Below, in pieces: positions 12,556 through 25,070 of a DNA stretch of 64,000 nt. The number at the start of each line of letters is the position of its first letter. The first letter of the stretch is position 1. Source of the DNA: Vitrella brassicaformis CCMP3155 (taxonomy: Eukaryota > Protista > Chromerida); assembly GCA_001179505.1 (NCBI GenBank), contig CDMY01000055.1, forward strand, positions 124,001 to 188,000, in the 5' to 3' direction. A program made the position numbers and the translations under genes. The notes under the pieces are model-generated. The model was not told where the DNA came from, made no database searches, and saw nothing but the letters and a program-made list of their open reading frames with translations.

Positions 12556-13790
12556 CTACTGCAGCAGCAGCAGCTGCTGCGGCTGGGCGAAGGGGCTCTC
12601 GGCCTGCTGCAGGCCGGGCAGGTTGGCCTCATCAGCCGCCCCGCCCTCAGCAGCAGCAGCAGCCGCCCCGTCCCCCGCCCCGCCCCCCGTGTGGGCCTGG
12701 GTCTCGCCCAGCTTGCGCTTGCCGGTGAGTTTCTTGCCCGTCCCCTCCTCCCCCAGATGCGCCACGCGGATGTGGATCATGATGTTGTTCGGAGGGTTTC
12801 TTCTGCAGCACCTTGCGCTTGATCGTGATCGGATGTTTCGTCGCATGTCAGCTTCGCACTGAACTTGTCAACTACCTGAAAGCGACGCAACACACATACG
12901 TTCAGGATAAGACCTACACGCCACGCCCTGCAGATGGATACCTGAACCGAAACCTTCGCCACCGTCTCGTGTAGCCCAACTTCTTGGCGTGGTGCGTGAT
13001 GCTGTCTTTGAGCTGAGCCGCTACACTATGGACACCGTCTTCTCCTCCGCCTTGTCCAGCTTCCCCTACACTCACACCCACACACCCACACGTCGGTGCG
13101 TCCATGTATCCATCGCTGTCGTACCGTTTTGTTCGCCGAGTTGGTCGACAGCTGCTGCGCCTGGCTCGGCATCGCGCCCCCGCCCCCCCCGCCCCCGCTC
13201 GATGATGACGCCCCAGGCAGGCTCACTATGCCCTTTCCCACCAACATCTGCTGCTTCTGCACACCGAAACCAACAACGTATCACAAGATCTATGCCGAAA
13301 GGAAGCCTCCCAGTTGCCCACCTGTGTTTTGCTCATGAAGTTGCGCATCTTGGCTCGGTCCTTGAGCTGCTCCTTGACAATATCGACGTGGGCGGGCTTC
13401 CACACATCCTTCTCCTTGCCCTTCTTGCACCTCGCAAGGAACTTATCGAACATCTCGACGGTCATCTGTCGCAAAGCGACCATCGCAATGGGGGGTGAAG
13501 CCTCACCACAGAAATTCAGCCGGTCTATCGTATCCGTCAGCCATGAAGGACTCCACTTCCTCTTTCGTTAGATCCTCAAGCAGGTGGGGAAACCCATTCT
13601 GCAACTGCTTCCAAGCTGGGGCCGGTGGCGGATCTTCCATGCTGTGATCTTCACCGGCAGATGGCCGAGGGGCGGGGTCTTCAGGAGAAGGCTGATGGTG
13701 GATGGGCTGGGCGGCATTGTCCGATTCGGCTGCTGACGGCACCTGGCGCGGACGGCTGCCCTTCACTAGTCCATACAGGCTCGTCTGCAT
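12556..13790 (-). pseudogene. Degenerate multi-exon coding remnant of unknown family
   Basis: Protein-like blocks (PHLLEDLTKEEVESFMADGYDRPAEF; MFDKFLARCKKGKEKDVWKPAHVDIVKEQLKDRAK; LKDSITHHAKKLGY) need a frameshift near 13500 and further shifts or stops to join. Confidence 0.35.
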
Positions 13791-15629
13791 CAGGCCGGCT
13801 TAGCACCGCAGCAGTGCCTGCAGGTGTCAGAAACACAGCCAATTCACGAGAGCAAATGAATAAATCAATGAATGAGGGGATCATCAAGCAAGCTGCTTGC
13901 CTTGCTGTACCACCCTATATAGGTACTACCACAGTCTTGCCGCCAAGCGTCGTTCGCGCTCGGATCGCCGCGCATCTCGCACACCAAAAAAGAGAAAAAA
14001 GAGAAGTAGAAGTGATGGAGGCGTTGAGTTCACCGCCTCTTTGGAGCTCCATCGCCACCGGCACAGTGCGTAGAGGATCCTTGGTGGAGGTGGCGCCCGC
14101 AGTGGTGACGGGGCGCAGCAGATCCGTCCGCGGCTCCGTGGCTGAGGTGATAGAGGTGAGTGAGGATGGGATGTTTGTCGACCTCCAGCTGCTGCGGAAG
14201 AGGGACCTCGAGCCTTTCAAGAGGCCTGCGGAGGGCATCAAAAGGTCAGCCGGATGCGTCATTTGGCAATGCATCGTCCTTGCATGCATGCACTCTCTGT
14301 TTGGGTGTGGATGCGTCTGTTTTTAGAGGTGTGCTTCGAGATGCCATCGTCAGCGTGCTGCAGCCGGTAGGTCAGATGGCTGCGGCTGCCACTGCGCACC
14401 CCAGACTTCGCTCCGCACTCTCATCACGAGGGCCCGCCCAATCCCGATCCCCACTCGCGGCTGGCTCGGCAGACAAATGGTGCCGACTGACTGTGCCGCC
14501 ATCCGGCGCCCTTTTCATCTTCTGGGTAAGAAACCTATACGCCATGTCTCGCTGTGGTTTGCCCATGGGTGTGTTTCCTCATGTAGGATTTGGAGACCAA
14601 TGAGGGATGCAGGCTGTGTAATGCCATCACCCAGATAGCTGCGGTGGCGCGGCTGTTTAGGGGTGGAGAGTTTGCGGGCATCGGCGCACCCGACTACGAG
14701 CGGTACGTCACGACGGGCGCCCCCATGAACACCGTGGCGAGCAAGATGACGGGCATCACCAAGACTCTGCTCAGCAGACAAGGTAGGTGGCAACACGACA
14801 CACGAGAACGCACGTCTGTTCGTCATGTCTTCCTACGTGTTGCATCAGGCGTGTCGTTGCGTGAGGCCTTGTTGGCCTTCGAGCAGTGGGTGCAGTCGGT
14901 GCACCAGCACATCCTCCCACTGCCGGCACCCTCATCCCATCTGCCGATCGGCGATGACGGGGACGACGAGCTCCATGACGCCATGTCCGAGCCAGAGGAC
15001 GATGGCGTGGACGGGGAGGGGGATGGTGTGATGCCGGTGGTTATGGTGTCGCATCGCGGGTTCATCTGCGACCTGCCGCTGCTGTTCCAGTCGGTGGACA
15101 AGACGCTAAACGTCAAGGGCCCCGACTTCCTGCAGGTACTGAGGGATTGAAGGATGTGTCTCACGTCGTGGAGGCGTGTGTCTCTCTCTTCGTGGGTTTG
15201 TCGTCGACCAGCGTGCGGGCGTCTTTCATGTTGCTGACTCGTACTATGTCGCCCTCGATATGCGCCAGAAGGGAAAGGCATTCACAGGTAATGAGTGATC
15301 GGCCACCGATTCATCGATGGATGTGTGCGCCTATGGGCAGGTCGTGAGAGCCTGGGTCTGTCCGAGCTGCACACCCGGCTGGTCGGACGACCACATGGCA
15401 ACGCACACAATGCCCTCGGTCAGTGAGCGATGAGTACACAGACCGTCCAGAGGCTCTGATCAATCCATCATGGTGCCTGCCTGCCTGCCTGCATGGCTGG
15501 CTTCCTGTAGGTGATTCGCGGGCGTTGGCTGCCGTCTGTGGGCGCGAGCCGCTGCTAGGTGCGTGGCGAAGCGAGAAGGTGGCCATGCGTGTGAGCGACT
15601 ACGTGCGTGAGAAGCAGCAGAGATCGTGA
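13661..15629 (+). CDS. DEDDh (DnaQ/RNase T-like) 3'-5' exonuclease with N-terminal extension, spliced
   Basis: ExoI FIFW|DLETN across intron 14526-14586; TQIAAV; ASKMTGIT...GVSLREALLAF; ExoII VSHRGFICDLPLL; VADSYYVA; ExoIII AHNAL|GD; stop 15629. 5' end uncertain. Confidence 0.8.
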
Positions 15630-15655
15630 GCTGCCGTGGCCATGGATGGATGGGG

Positions 15656-15686
<31 letters not shown>

Positions 15687-16147
15687 GGGACAGGGGGAGA
15701 TGGATGGATGGATGGATGAGGGAGGGAGGGAGGGAGGGAGGCGAGACACGACATGAATGAGCGAATGAGTATGAGAGGTCCCGGCATCCCTATGTGTAGA
15801 TATACGTGCATACATGTGTATATTAGAGACGTGCAGACACATGCATATGCATTTGTGCGAATGTGTGTATAATTGATGAAATGTCATCTGCTCAAACGTT
15901 ATTGCAGCCAGAGTAGACGAGTCAGTCCAAAGTTCACCAGCACCAAAGCAGAATCTCGTCTCGCTTTCTCCTGTGCAGACTCCCATTTATCCATCCCACC
16001 ATCTACGCCATTCTCTCTCTCTGCGCAGCCCTCAACCCTCTCCCTCTCTCAGAACACCAGTGTACTCAACTCGACAGACCGACACTATATATACGAACAA
16101 CAGCCCATACATACCTCTCAGGCGGCAACAAGTCATAGCCGTTTGAT

Positions 16148-16970
16148 TTAGTCTTCTTTGTGTTGTGTGTTGGTTGTGTCAGGGGGAGTGCAGTCGCCCG
16201 TCTTGGCGCAGCACTGGCCCGCAAACATAGACCGCCAGATGGGGCACCTGATCTGTTCCAACAGCCAGTTGCCCGGCCCACACCTGCACACGGCCTGGAT
16301 CTCCGGAGTCTCAGAGCACTGCTTTGCGCATCGAGTGGCCTGGAGTGTGGTGGTGCCGGTGGGGCACTCAGGCTCGACAGCCGGCACACAGAGCTTGGGC
16401 TTTTGCTGTTGAAGGAGACAAATTAGAGCGACAAATACGATGAACCACGTACGAGACACACCAGGAATGAACGCACCTCTCGGATGCAGAAGCCATAGTA
16501 CTCCGTGGCCCGGCACACTGCGGCGCATGTGGTGGAGCGGGCCTGGTACGTCACCATGTCGCACCACATGAGAGAGTTGCCGGGCCACGGAGGATCGGGA
16601 ACACACGTGTCCCTGACCAGAATGAGGCACACCAAACAGTCGACAAGAGTCCATCTTTGCATTTGGTGTGCCCCACGTCATCATTGGTGTTTGTGTCAGG
16701 CGCGTCTGACCGGCAGTGGGTGTCATCCGGTGCGCAGCTTGAGCAGCGTGGCTTGAGGCCACGGAGGGGCCCATGAGATTCCTCTGCATGAAGCACCGTG
16801 CGGAACACCCACACGAGCCAGAAGGATGTATGATGATGGATCATCATGCCACTGTGGCGTATGTCTATACCAGTGTGAGATGATGTGTTCCCTCCAGTCA
16901 CTGCAGCGGCTGGAGGAGTGATGATCACCAGAAAAGCAGCAACAAGGAACGACAGGTGAGGCCTCGTCAT
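16148..16970 (-). CDS. Secreted cysteine-rich protein (~190 aa, 18 Cys), 4 exons
   Basis: Signal-peptide-like MTRPHLSFLVAAFLVIITPPAAA. Three GT-AG introns with consistent phases (1, 2, 0) give ...RCSSCAPDDTHCRDTCVPD...WCD...TCAAVCR...FCIREQKPKLCVP...ECP...RCAKQC...VCRCG...RCP...QCCAKTGDC... Confidence 0.65.
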
Positions 16971-17468
16971 GGGGGAGGGAAGGGGGATGGATAGCGTCGG
17001 TGCGGGGGCACGGTGGGGGCGAGACGGCAATAATTGGCCACAAACCAACTAACTGGATGCGTGTACAATTAAGTCCTTTTGTCCGCTTTGTTCCCTCCCT
17101 CCCACCCTCCCAATTAGTCCAGTATGTGTGTGTGGATGCCTTTGTGGTGTGTGGTGGTCGACTGACTTCACTTGACAGACCAAGAGCAGACTCCAGTCAC
17201 CAGGCGAAACGAGAGAGTGAGAGCAGAGTGGGTGATATTGTGTGATGTGGTGTGGTGTGATGTGTCGGCTCACTTTGGCCGGGTCGGCCTTTTACTACCT
17301 CCAAAAACCAGAAAGAAAAGACACGCACGAACGGCCTCTCTGTCTATGATATACTGGCTTACTGACTAACACGACACACTAAGGACAGTCTCTCTCGACA
17401 TCGATGTGTACGGCCATACCACGATTACACTGACGATATGATGCAGCCGTTTGTCTGCCTGTCCGCTT

Positions 17469-20206
17469 TTATCGGCATCGGGATGTGCAGCAGGCGCGCG
17501 CAGGGACTGCACACACAGATAGATCGGAAACGGCACAACAATCACTCACATCCTGTTGGTTGTGTGTTGGCAGTGCTTTGGCTGATCGACCTGGGGGGCG
17601 CTGGACCGGCTGGGCGGGAACTGGCTGTGTACACAAAGACATCATCCATGGAGACATACACTCATAAGAGCAAGGCAATGGCGATATGAGGACATGTGTC
17701 AGTGTGCCTCCCCCTTACCACAGCTGTGGCGACGAGCGGGGCGCCGGTGTAGCCGCACTGCTCGGGAGTCAACTTGTGCTCGTTCATCTAGCCCACACAT
17801 ACACACACACAGATACATGTCCATCATCCCTCTCGCCCGTGTCTCTCTCTTCTCTGTATGTCATGTGCATCGCAGCGTACGATGTTGATCTGTTCCTGGT
17901 TGGGTGTCCATCCCGCCGGCGGCCCCTCGAGCTTCGTCTCGATGACGTCGCCCACCGGCTCGGGTTTGCCGGTCCACGTGTGGCCGTCGCGCATGTGTGT
18001 GGTGGGCGGTAGGGGGCCAAAGGCATCTGTTGGCCAGGGCTTGGCGTCCTTGAGCTGCTCCGGGAAGGCCGCTGGGATGGGCTCCTGGATGTGTTTGAAC
18101 AGGTTGAGGTCAATGCCGTTCGTGGCGAATAGCTCGACCAACTGCATCTAGCTGATGCTCACACCTGACACCACACACCAGGGCACACACATCGCAACAA
18201 CACAATGGACAGACAGAGACAAAGACACGACCATGTGAGAAGGTGCGGGCATGTGTACCAGGAGGTATGTCAATGTTGAGTGTGGCTTTGATGATTGGCG
18301 GGACGACCACGTGGGTGGGACTGGGAGGCAGCATCGTGGTCGTACGGTGGGGAATCACCTACACACACACATCAACACACAGACACTTGGGAGTCACCTG
18401 TGCTGTGTTGTGGTGTGTGTGTGTGTGTGTGCGCGCGCTGACAGACCGACCACGGGGTATTTGTTGTACTTGTACTCGTATACGGGCACCTCATAGGGCT
18501 TCTCAATGTCCTTGTACCTGCACACACACATTGCACACCGAGACGCCGGCCAGCCCATGTGTGGGGCCCTGGTTGTGGCCGTGTGTCTGGTGTAATGTGC
18601 TGACTTGACGACCTCGACCTCCCGGTCGACCACCACCTCTCTGTGAGAGGACACACACAGACACACACAAAGATTGATGGGATGGCAGGGGAAGTCTTAT
18701 TGCATGCGGGGTGTGGTGACTGCATACTTCTCGACGACGACCTCCTTCCAGATCGGCACCACCTCACCCGGTACAGGCACATGACGCACCTGCGAAACAC
18801 ACAACATCCACTCACACAACGAAATCATTGGCCCCGAGTGCGTGTGCCCGCCAATTGCCTGGCTGACAGACCTCTTCTTTGACGATGTACTTGGGCACTT
18901 CCTTGACGACCTCGACGGGCACGTCGACGTAGTGGGGCACGGGGACCTCCTGCACGCGCTCGATGGTCTTGACCTCCACCTTGGGGACGTACTTGATGAC
19001 CGGCACGTGGATCTGCACACATGGACACAAAGAGGGAGGGAGAGGGGATAAGGCATGCATTGATGATGCCCTCCCTGTGTGTGTCTGTGGGTCGGTTACG
19101 TCGATGGGGACCGCCTTGGGGACCTCCTTGACCACCTCCACCACATGAGGCACCTGTGGGTCCAATCACAACGAAGGGCCGCAGGTGTGTGTGGGGATGG
19201 GGGGAGGGTGAGTGAACACTGCTATGCTGTGTTGGTTTACCTCGACGACTTTGTCTTTGTATTCGACGACGGGGACCTCCTGGATGCGCTCGACCGTCTT
19301 GACCACCGTCTTGGGCACCACACGCTCCTGGACCAACAGCGGACACACACACAGAGAGGGAGGAGGGGCAGGAGAGACACGGATTAACGGACCGTGTCTC
19401 TCTCCATTCATCTGTGTGTGCGGCTTACGATGGTTTTGACTTCGACTTTGGGCACATATTTGTTGACCACCTGCACCTGTGGCACCTGAACTCTCACACC
19501 ACACCCACATGGACCGTGATGGACGGCGTGCCTCCGTCACTCTCCATGTTTGTGCGTTGTGCGGTTGGCCTACCTCGACGACTCTGTCGACGTGCTGGAC
19601 GACGGGCACCTCGACTTTGCGCTCGATCCATGAGTGGCTGAGCTCCGGCACCTGGCGGACGACCTCATGGACCTCCGGCTTGGGGACGATCTTCTGCGTG
19701 TAGACGGGCACCTGACGCTCGGCCACGACGTCCTCGTAGTGCACATCGCTGTAGACGGGCACCTCCACCTCAACCTATATTGGCAGACCGCACACAACAC
19801 AAATCCTGCGGCCTGCTCATGAATGTCTTGCCCCTGTCTGTCCCCCTGCTGTTCACCGACTCACTCGTCGAGTCCCGGTCTGCACTTGTCCCGCTGGTGT
19901 GGTTGTGCGACCCAGGCGGACCAGCTGGGACTGTGTCATCTCGCCCTCACCTCCTGCATGCAATAAACACGACACATGACACATAACACAGAGCCCCTCA
20001 GCCCTCAGCCTCATTTCCCCCATGGACAGCCTTCCCTCCCGCGTGTGCCTTTGCCCCTTTCTCCCCTCCCCCGCCCTGTCATCTGCTTCACCTTGTTGCT
20101 GCTGTCCGAGTGCGTCCCGCACACTTACAGGCTGCCCCGCTGGGGGGCTGGCGGCCTGTGCGAAGGCGGCCGCCAGAGGGGAGCCGGGAGGGGCCGGGCC
20201 ACTCAT
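17469..20206 (-). CDS. Alveolin / inner membrane complex (IMC1-like) protein, ~15 exons
   Basis: Val/Pro/Glu/Lys-rich repeats (EVPVVEYKDKVVEV, KYVPKVEVKTIERVQEVPVPHYVDVPVEVVKEVPK, RKVEVPVVQHVDRVVEV). Spliced C-terminus ...VPARACCTSRCR* has a Cys cluster typical of palmitoylated alveolins. Confidence 0.9.
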
Positions 20207-20511
20207 GATGAAATCAAGTTAGATGAATGAGGGGCGGGGCGCGGTGCGTTGACAGACGACGAAGGACGGCCGGAACAGAGCACAAAAAAAACGCCTGTCC
20301 AAGCTCGCAGCCGTTTGAGCTCGCGTCACGATCATCGCATGACATTTAGGTCAACAAACCAGCCAACCCGGTCCGAAAGGGGAGGAGAATGATCGAGTGA
20401 AAAAAAGTGGTCTGATTCTGTCTGTCTGTCTGCTGTGGTTCTTCCCATCCGTGCAGATCTCGTGAGTCCTGTGTTCGACCAGCGGCTGCATCGCCACAAA
20501 CAAATCACTGA

Positions 20512-20552
20512 CTGACTTACGTCGGGTGAGCAAAACACCCGACGTAAGTCAG
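20512..20552. repeat. Perfect 17-bp inverted repeat with 7-nt loop
   Basis: ctgacttacgtcgggtg (20512-20528), loop agcaaaa, then cacccgacgtaagtcag (20536-20552). Confidence 0.95.
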
Positions 20553-20740
20553 AGTGGCTCCAGATGGATGGGCTGTGTGTGTGTGTGGTGCATGTGTGCA
20601 GACTCGATTTCCTTTTTCGCTTATCACATCGCCGCTGGCTCGCCACCAGCTCACGTAAGGAGGCAAACAAGGCGCTCTAGACATACAGCCCGTCTGCATG
20701 TCACTCTGTGATGTTCATTTTGCAGACATCTCAGTCACTC

Positions 20741-21738
20741 ATGGCGTCAGACTCTGTTCCCTCTCTGTGGCCCTCTCACTCAAGACGGCCTCACACACAC
20801 TCAATGACCCCACCAGGCGGCCGGCACTCGTCACACAGATCGACAAGCAGCCGCCCACAGAGATCCCCAAAGGCGTCAAGCTGCCGGTCGTCCTGCAGCA
20901 GCGCATCGAGCGGGCCATGCAACCCGAGGACCTTCATGACCTTTTGGCCTTCGACATTCCTGACGTGGCGGGGGCCCTCAAGACGGCCTACATGCTGGAG
21001 CGATGCAGCGGCCACTGGAAGGTGATGAAGGCCTTCATCGCCCTGGCCTTCATCTACCGGCTCACCCCCAATGCGACGCGGCCCCTCATGGTGTCGGCCG
21101 ATTCGCTGCCCACCACTTTAGAGTTCGATGAGCTGCCCCTCACCATGGCCGCCTACAAAACATTCGGCCACCTGCTCAGCCACCGGGGGACCAGCCTGGC
21201 GTTGCGGCGAGCTGCCAACGGTGCCTATCGGATCGGCGATCATTCGTTTCGTGTGGTGCCGCTGAGTGAGCTGCGGGCTGAGCACCCCTACCGCAGCGGA
21301 TACAAGGATAGCGACCCCGCCATCCGCTGGGGCCATTATCTCTACCCATCATTCACGGCATTCATCACGCGAACGGTTCTGATACAGTGGTGTTACCAAA
21401 AGGGGGTGGTGAGGAAGCCACTGGGAACAGCTCGTGTCGGTCGTGACGACACTCGCTATCGGTCCCTGCTGACGGCACCGTCCATCGAGGGCTACAAGAC
21501 CGTCGACTACATGTACACCGTACATGTCAGGGGACAGGAGGGCTACTACCGCCGTCGACTCATCGTGCTCAAGGGGACGGGGGGGACCGACACGATCGTG
21601 GCCTTTCTGTGGGTGTCCGATGGCTGCATCAGCCTCTTCACGACTGAGGCGCCGACAAAGGGCAGACACGTTGCAACTGCGGCGGCCGCCCGCCCTCTGC
21701 TGGCCAGCTATGGGCTGGATCAGCGTATGCTGGGATAG
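20741..21738 (+). pseudogene. Lineage-specific family gene, copy A; CDS intronless; 1-nt deletion at codon ~10
   Basis: Family motifs AYKTFGHLLSHRG, YxxSDPxIRWG, YPSFTAF, DTRYRSLLTAP, LIVLKG, TTEAPT. ATG 20741 (MASDSVPSLW) is out of frame with the body because TGG GCC CTC reads tggccctc. Confidence 0.7.
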
Positions 21739-22547
21739 ATCAATTCGATGACGAAATACCGGTGAGGATGGATGGGGGGGAGGGAGGGGGGCTGTAGGTT
21801 GTGAGGGAGAGAGAGTAGGTATGACCGTCATCTCATTTCCTGTGTGCCGTGCTGCGTTGATTTCTGTAGGTGTCGCATTACTCTGTTGGCGTGACAGTGG
21901 GGCGGATTGCTCCAGGTGCCCGTAAGGACGGGTGGGTCTCACCATGAGGGAGGCCTGATGAAGCGGGGGTGGTAGACAAGGTGGTGCTGTGGGTCCGCAG
22001 TGACCGTAGCAACCCCGGCCGTGATGTAGGTCCCTCCCTCTCTCCCGTCTCGCTTTTATTCTCCCCGTGCGTGTGACAGCCGGTGGTGCGTGTTGCCAAG
22101 TCACCCCCTTTTCTTCCTCTCTGTCCACCTGTCTGCCTGCCCGGTGTGCGGGTGAGGTTGCGAGTCTTCCTTGCAGACACAGAGAGGCTTCGTCTGACTT
22201 GATTACATGGGCGTGCGAGTGAGGAAGGTGGTTTGGTGTGTCGTCGAGATGCCTGCCTGCATAGAGGATAACTGTAGTCCCTATGATCATAAAACAACCT
22301 GTGTGTGTGTGTTTATATATGTGAATGCGTGAATTGTCAGACCGGTGTTGGTTGCACCTGCATTGCGTGTGTGTGCTGCGCAGTCTGTGACTGATTTACA
22401 AGTGCTGATTGCCAGGGAGGTGGCGACACGAACAGTAACAAATACACTCATTGTGCTGTTCCATCCCTCCATCCATCCATTCGTTCATTCGTCCGTCATC
22501 GACTGACTGACTGACTGAGTAATGCATCTCCCGCACAAAGTCACAAA

Positions 22548-23409
22548 TACATCCAGCGTCGCTGTGTTGTGAGTGACCGCCACGACTCGCTACGACGGCA
22601 CTCGCATCATGCATCACGTTCCGCTACGTCATGAGGCGAGCCAGTATCATCATCCACACAACACCGTCCGTCTGTTTTGACGATGTGTCACGACAGACGG
22701 ACGGACAGACAGACACACAGACACCCAGACAGAGAGACAGACAGACAGACAGACAGAGACACGAACGCCGCCCTTACCAGGTATGAAAGCACGCGCATCA
22801 GGAATGCAGTCAGTCAGTCAGGTCATCCGGTCCGGCCCCCTTTAATTGTCCAACAAGAAGCCTGACGGCCCCGTATACACACACATGCACACACCCCCAC
22901 CCCACCCCACCCCACCCTGTCTGCCGTCGACATGCGACGTCCATTCCATGCAATTCCCATCTATCTACTGCTATCCATCCCATCCCTAATGACTGGACTG
23001 GGTGAGTGAGTTGTCCGGGCTGTGTGCTGCGTGCTGGTGTACGTGACATGTTTCGCCTACGTAGGTGCAGACACAGACACAGACACAGAGACAGACAGAC
23101 CAGTAAGAAAAAGTTCATGCCATAAAGACCAGCACCAACACACATCCACACGCGCCAATGAATGCCTAGAGGCCATCGATGAAACTCTCAGCCACGGCGA
23201 CCTTCCTGCTGGCCACGGCCGCCAGGTTGCCCAGCACCCTCAGGCTGGCCCCTCCCCCCCGCGTGGCCATCACCTGGTCGCGAAGGTCGACCTCCATCTC
23301 GCCAATCCTGACTGTCGGCCGGTAGTGCTGCATGGCCTCGCTGATGGCACGCTGAAGGAACTCCTGGCCTTCATCGGTGGGCGACGAGACGAGGGTCATG
23401 TTGTAGCCC
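22548..23409. repeat. 862-bp segment apparently identical to 29158-30019 (offset 6610), includes carboxylesterase last-exon fragment
   Basis: Same sequence abuts both gaps; ORF track gives identical translations at 22677/29287 and 22810/29420. Confidence 0.9.
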
Positions 23410-23709
23410 NNNNNNNNNNNNNNNNNNNNNNNNNNNNNNNNNNNNNNNNNNNNNNNNNNNNNNNNNNNNNNNNNNNNNNNNNNNNNNNNNNNNNNNNNNN
23501 NNNNNNNNNNNNNNNNNNNNNNNNNNNNNNNNNNNNNNNNNNNNNNNNNNNNNNNNNNNNNNNNNNNNNNNNNNNNNNNNNNNNNNNNNNNNNNNNNNNN
23601 NNNNNNNNNNNNNNNNNNNNNNNNNNNNNNNNNNNNNNNNNNNNNNNNNNNNNNNNNNNNNNNNNNNNNNNNNNNNNNNNNNNNNNNNNNNNNNNNNNNN
23701 NNNNNNNNN
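23410..23709. other. Assembly gap (300 N)
   Basis: Run of n. Confidence 1.
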
Positions 23710-24739
23710 GTGTCGGGGCCGGGGGGGGGGTGGGTGAGTGTGCTATGCTGTGTTGGTTAACCTCGACGACTTTGTCTTTGTATTCGACGACGGGGACCTC
23801 CTGGATGCGCTCGACCGTCTTGACCACCGTCTTGGGCACTACACGCTCCTACATCAACAGCAGAGACACACACAGAGAGGGAGGGCAGGAGAGACACGGA
23901 TTAATGGGCCGTGTCTCTCTCCATTCCTTTGTGTGTGTGAGGCTTACGATGGTTTTGACTTCGACTTTGGGCACATACTTGTTGACCACCTGCACCTGTG
24001 GCACCTGATTTCTCACACCCACATGGACGGCGTGCCTCCGTCCGTCACTCTCCCTCTTTGTGTTTGTGCGTTGTGTGGCTGGCAAACCTCGACGACTCTG
24101 TCGACCTGCTGGATGACGGGCACCTCGACTTTGCGCTCGATCCAGGAGTGGCTGAGCTCCGGCACCTGGCGGACGACCTCGTGGACCTCGGGCTTGGGGA
24201 CGATCTTCTGCGTGTACACGGGCACCTGACGCTCGGCCACGACGTCCTCGTAGTGCACATCGCTGTAGACGGGCACCTCCACCTCAACCTATATTGGCAG
24301 AACACACACAACACAATCCTGCGGCCTGCTCATGAATGTCTTGCCCTGTCCCCTTGTCCCCCTGCTGTTCACCGACTCACTCGTCGTGTGCCGGTCTGCA
24401 CTTGTCCGGCTGGTGTGGTTGTGCGGCCCAGGCGGACCAGCTGGGACTGTGTCATCTCGCCCTCACCTCCTGCATGCGATAAACGCCACATAGGACGACA
24501 TAACACAGAGCCCCTCAGCCCTCAGCCCCATTTCCACTTGATTTCCCCCACAAACAGCCCTTCCCTCGACGTGCGTGTGTCCTTGCCCCTTTCTCCCCTA
24601 CCCCGCCCCTGTCGTCTGCTTCACCTTGTTGCTGCTGTCCGAGTGCGTCCCGCACACTGACAGGCTGCCCCGCTGGGGGGCTGGCGGCCTGGGCGAAGGC
24701 GGCAGCCAGAGGGGAGCCGGAGGGGGCCGGGCCACTCAT
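23710..24739 (-). CDS. Second, diverged alveolin copy (5' exons only; truncated by gap)
   Basis: MSGPAPSGSPLAAAFAQAASPPAGQPV... and EVPVYSDVHYEDVVAERQVPV... match 19180-20206 with substitutions, mainly in introns. Confidence 0.8.
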
Positions 24740-25070
24740 GATGAAATCACGTGAGATGAATGAGGGGAGGGGCGCGGTGCGTTGACAGACGACGAGGGAC
24801 GGCCGGAAGAGCCGTTTAAGCTCGCGTCACGCCCCTTGCGCAAGCAGTGCGGCATCATCGGTGGGGGGAGGAGGGTGAGCGAGGAAGGAAAGTGGTCTGA
24901 TTCTGTCGTGTACATGTATGTCATGCCTGTCTTTCCATCTCCACAGATCTCGTGAGTCCTGTGTTCGACCAGCACACGTAGGGAGGGGAGGGAGGAGGCA
25001 AACAAGGCGCTCTCATACATCCCGTCTGCATGCTACTCTGTGTCGTTCGTTCTGCAGATATCACTCACTG

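Noticed and set aside
18800-19800. Regularly recurring ctcgacgac/gggcac motifs that might suggest a CRISPR-like array
   Set aside because: They are codons of alveolin VPV/EV repeats; no constant repeat-spacer structure, and the context is eukaryotic.
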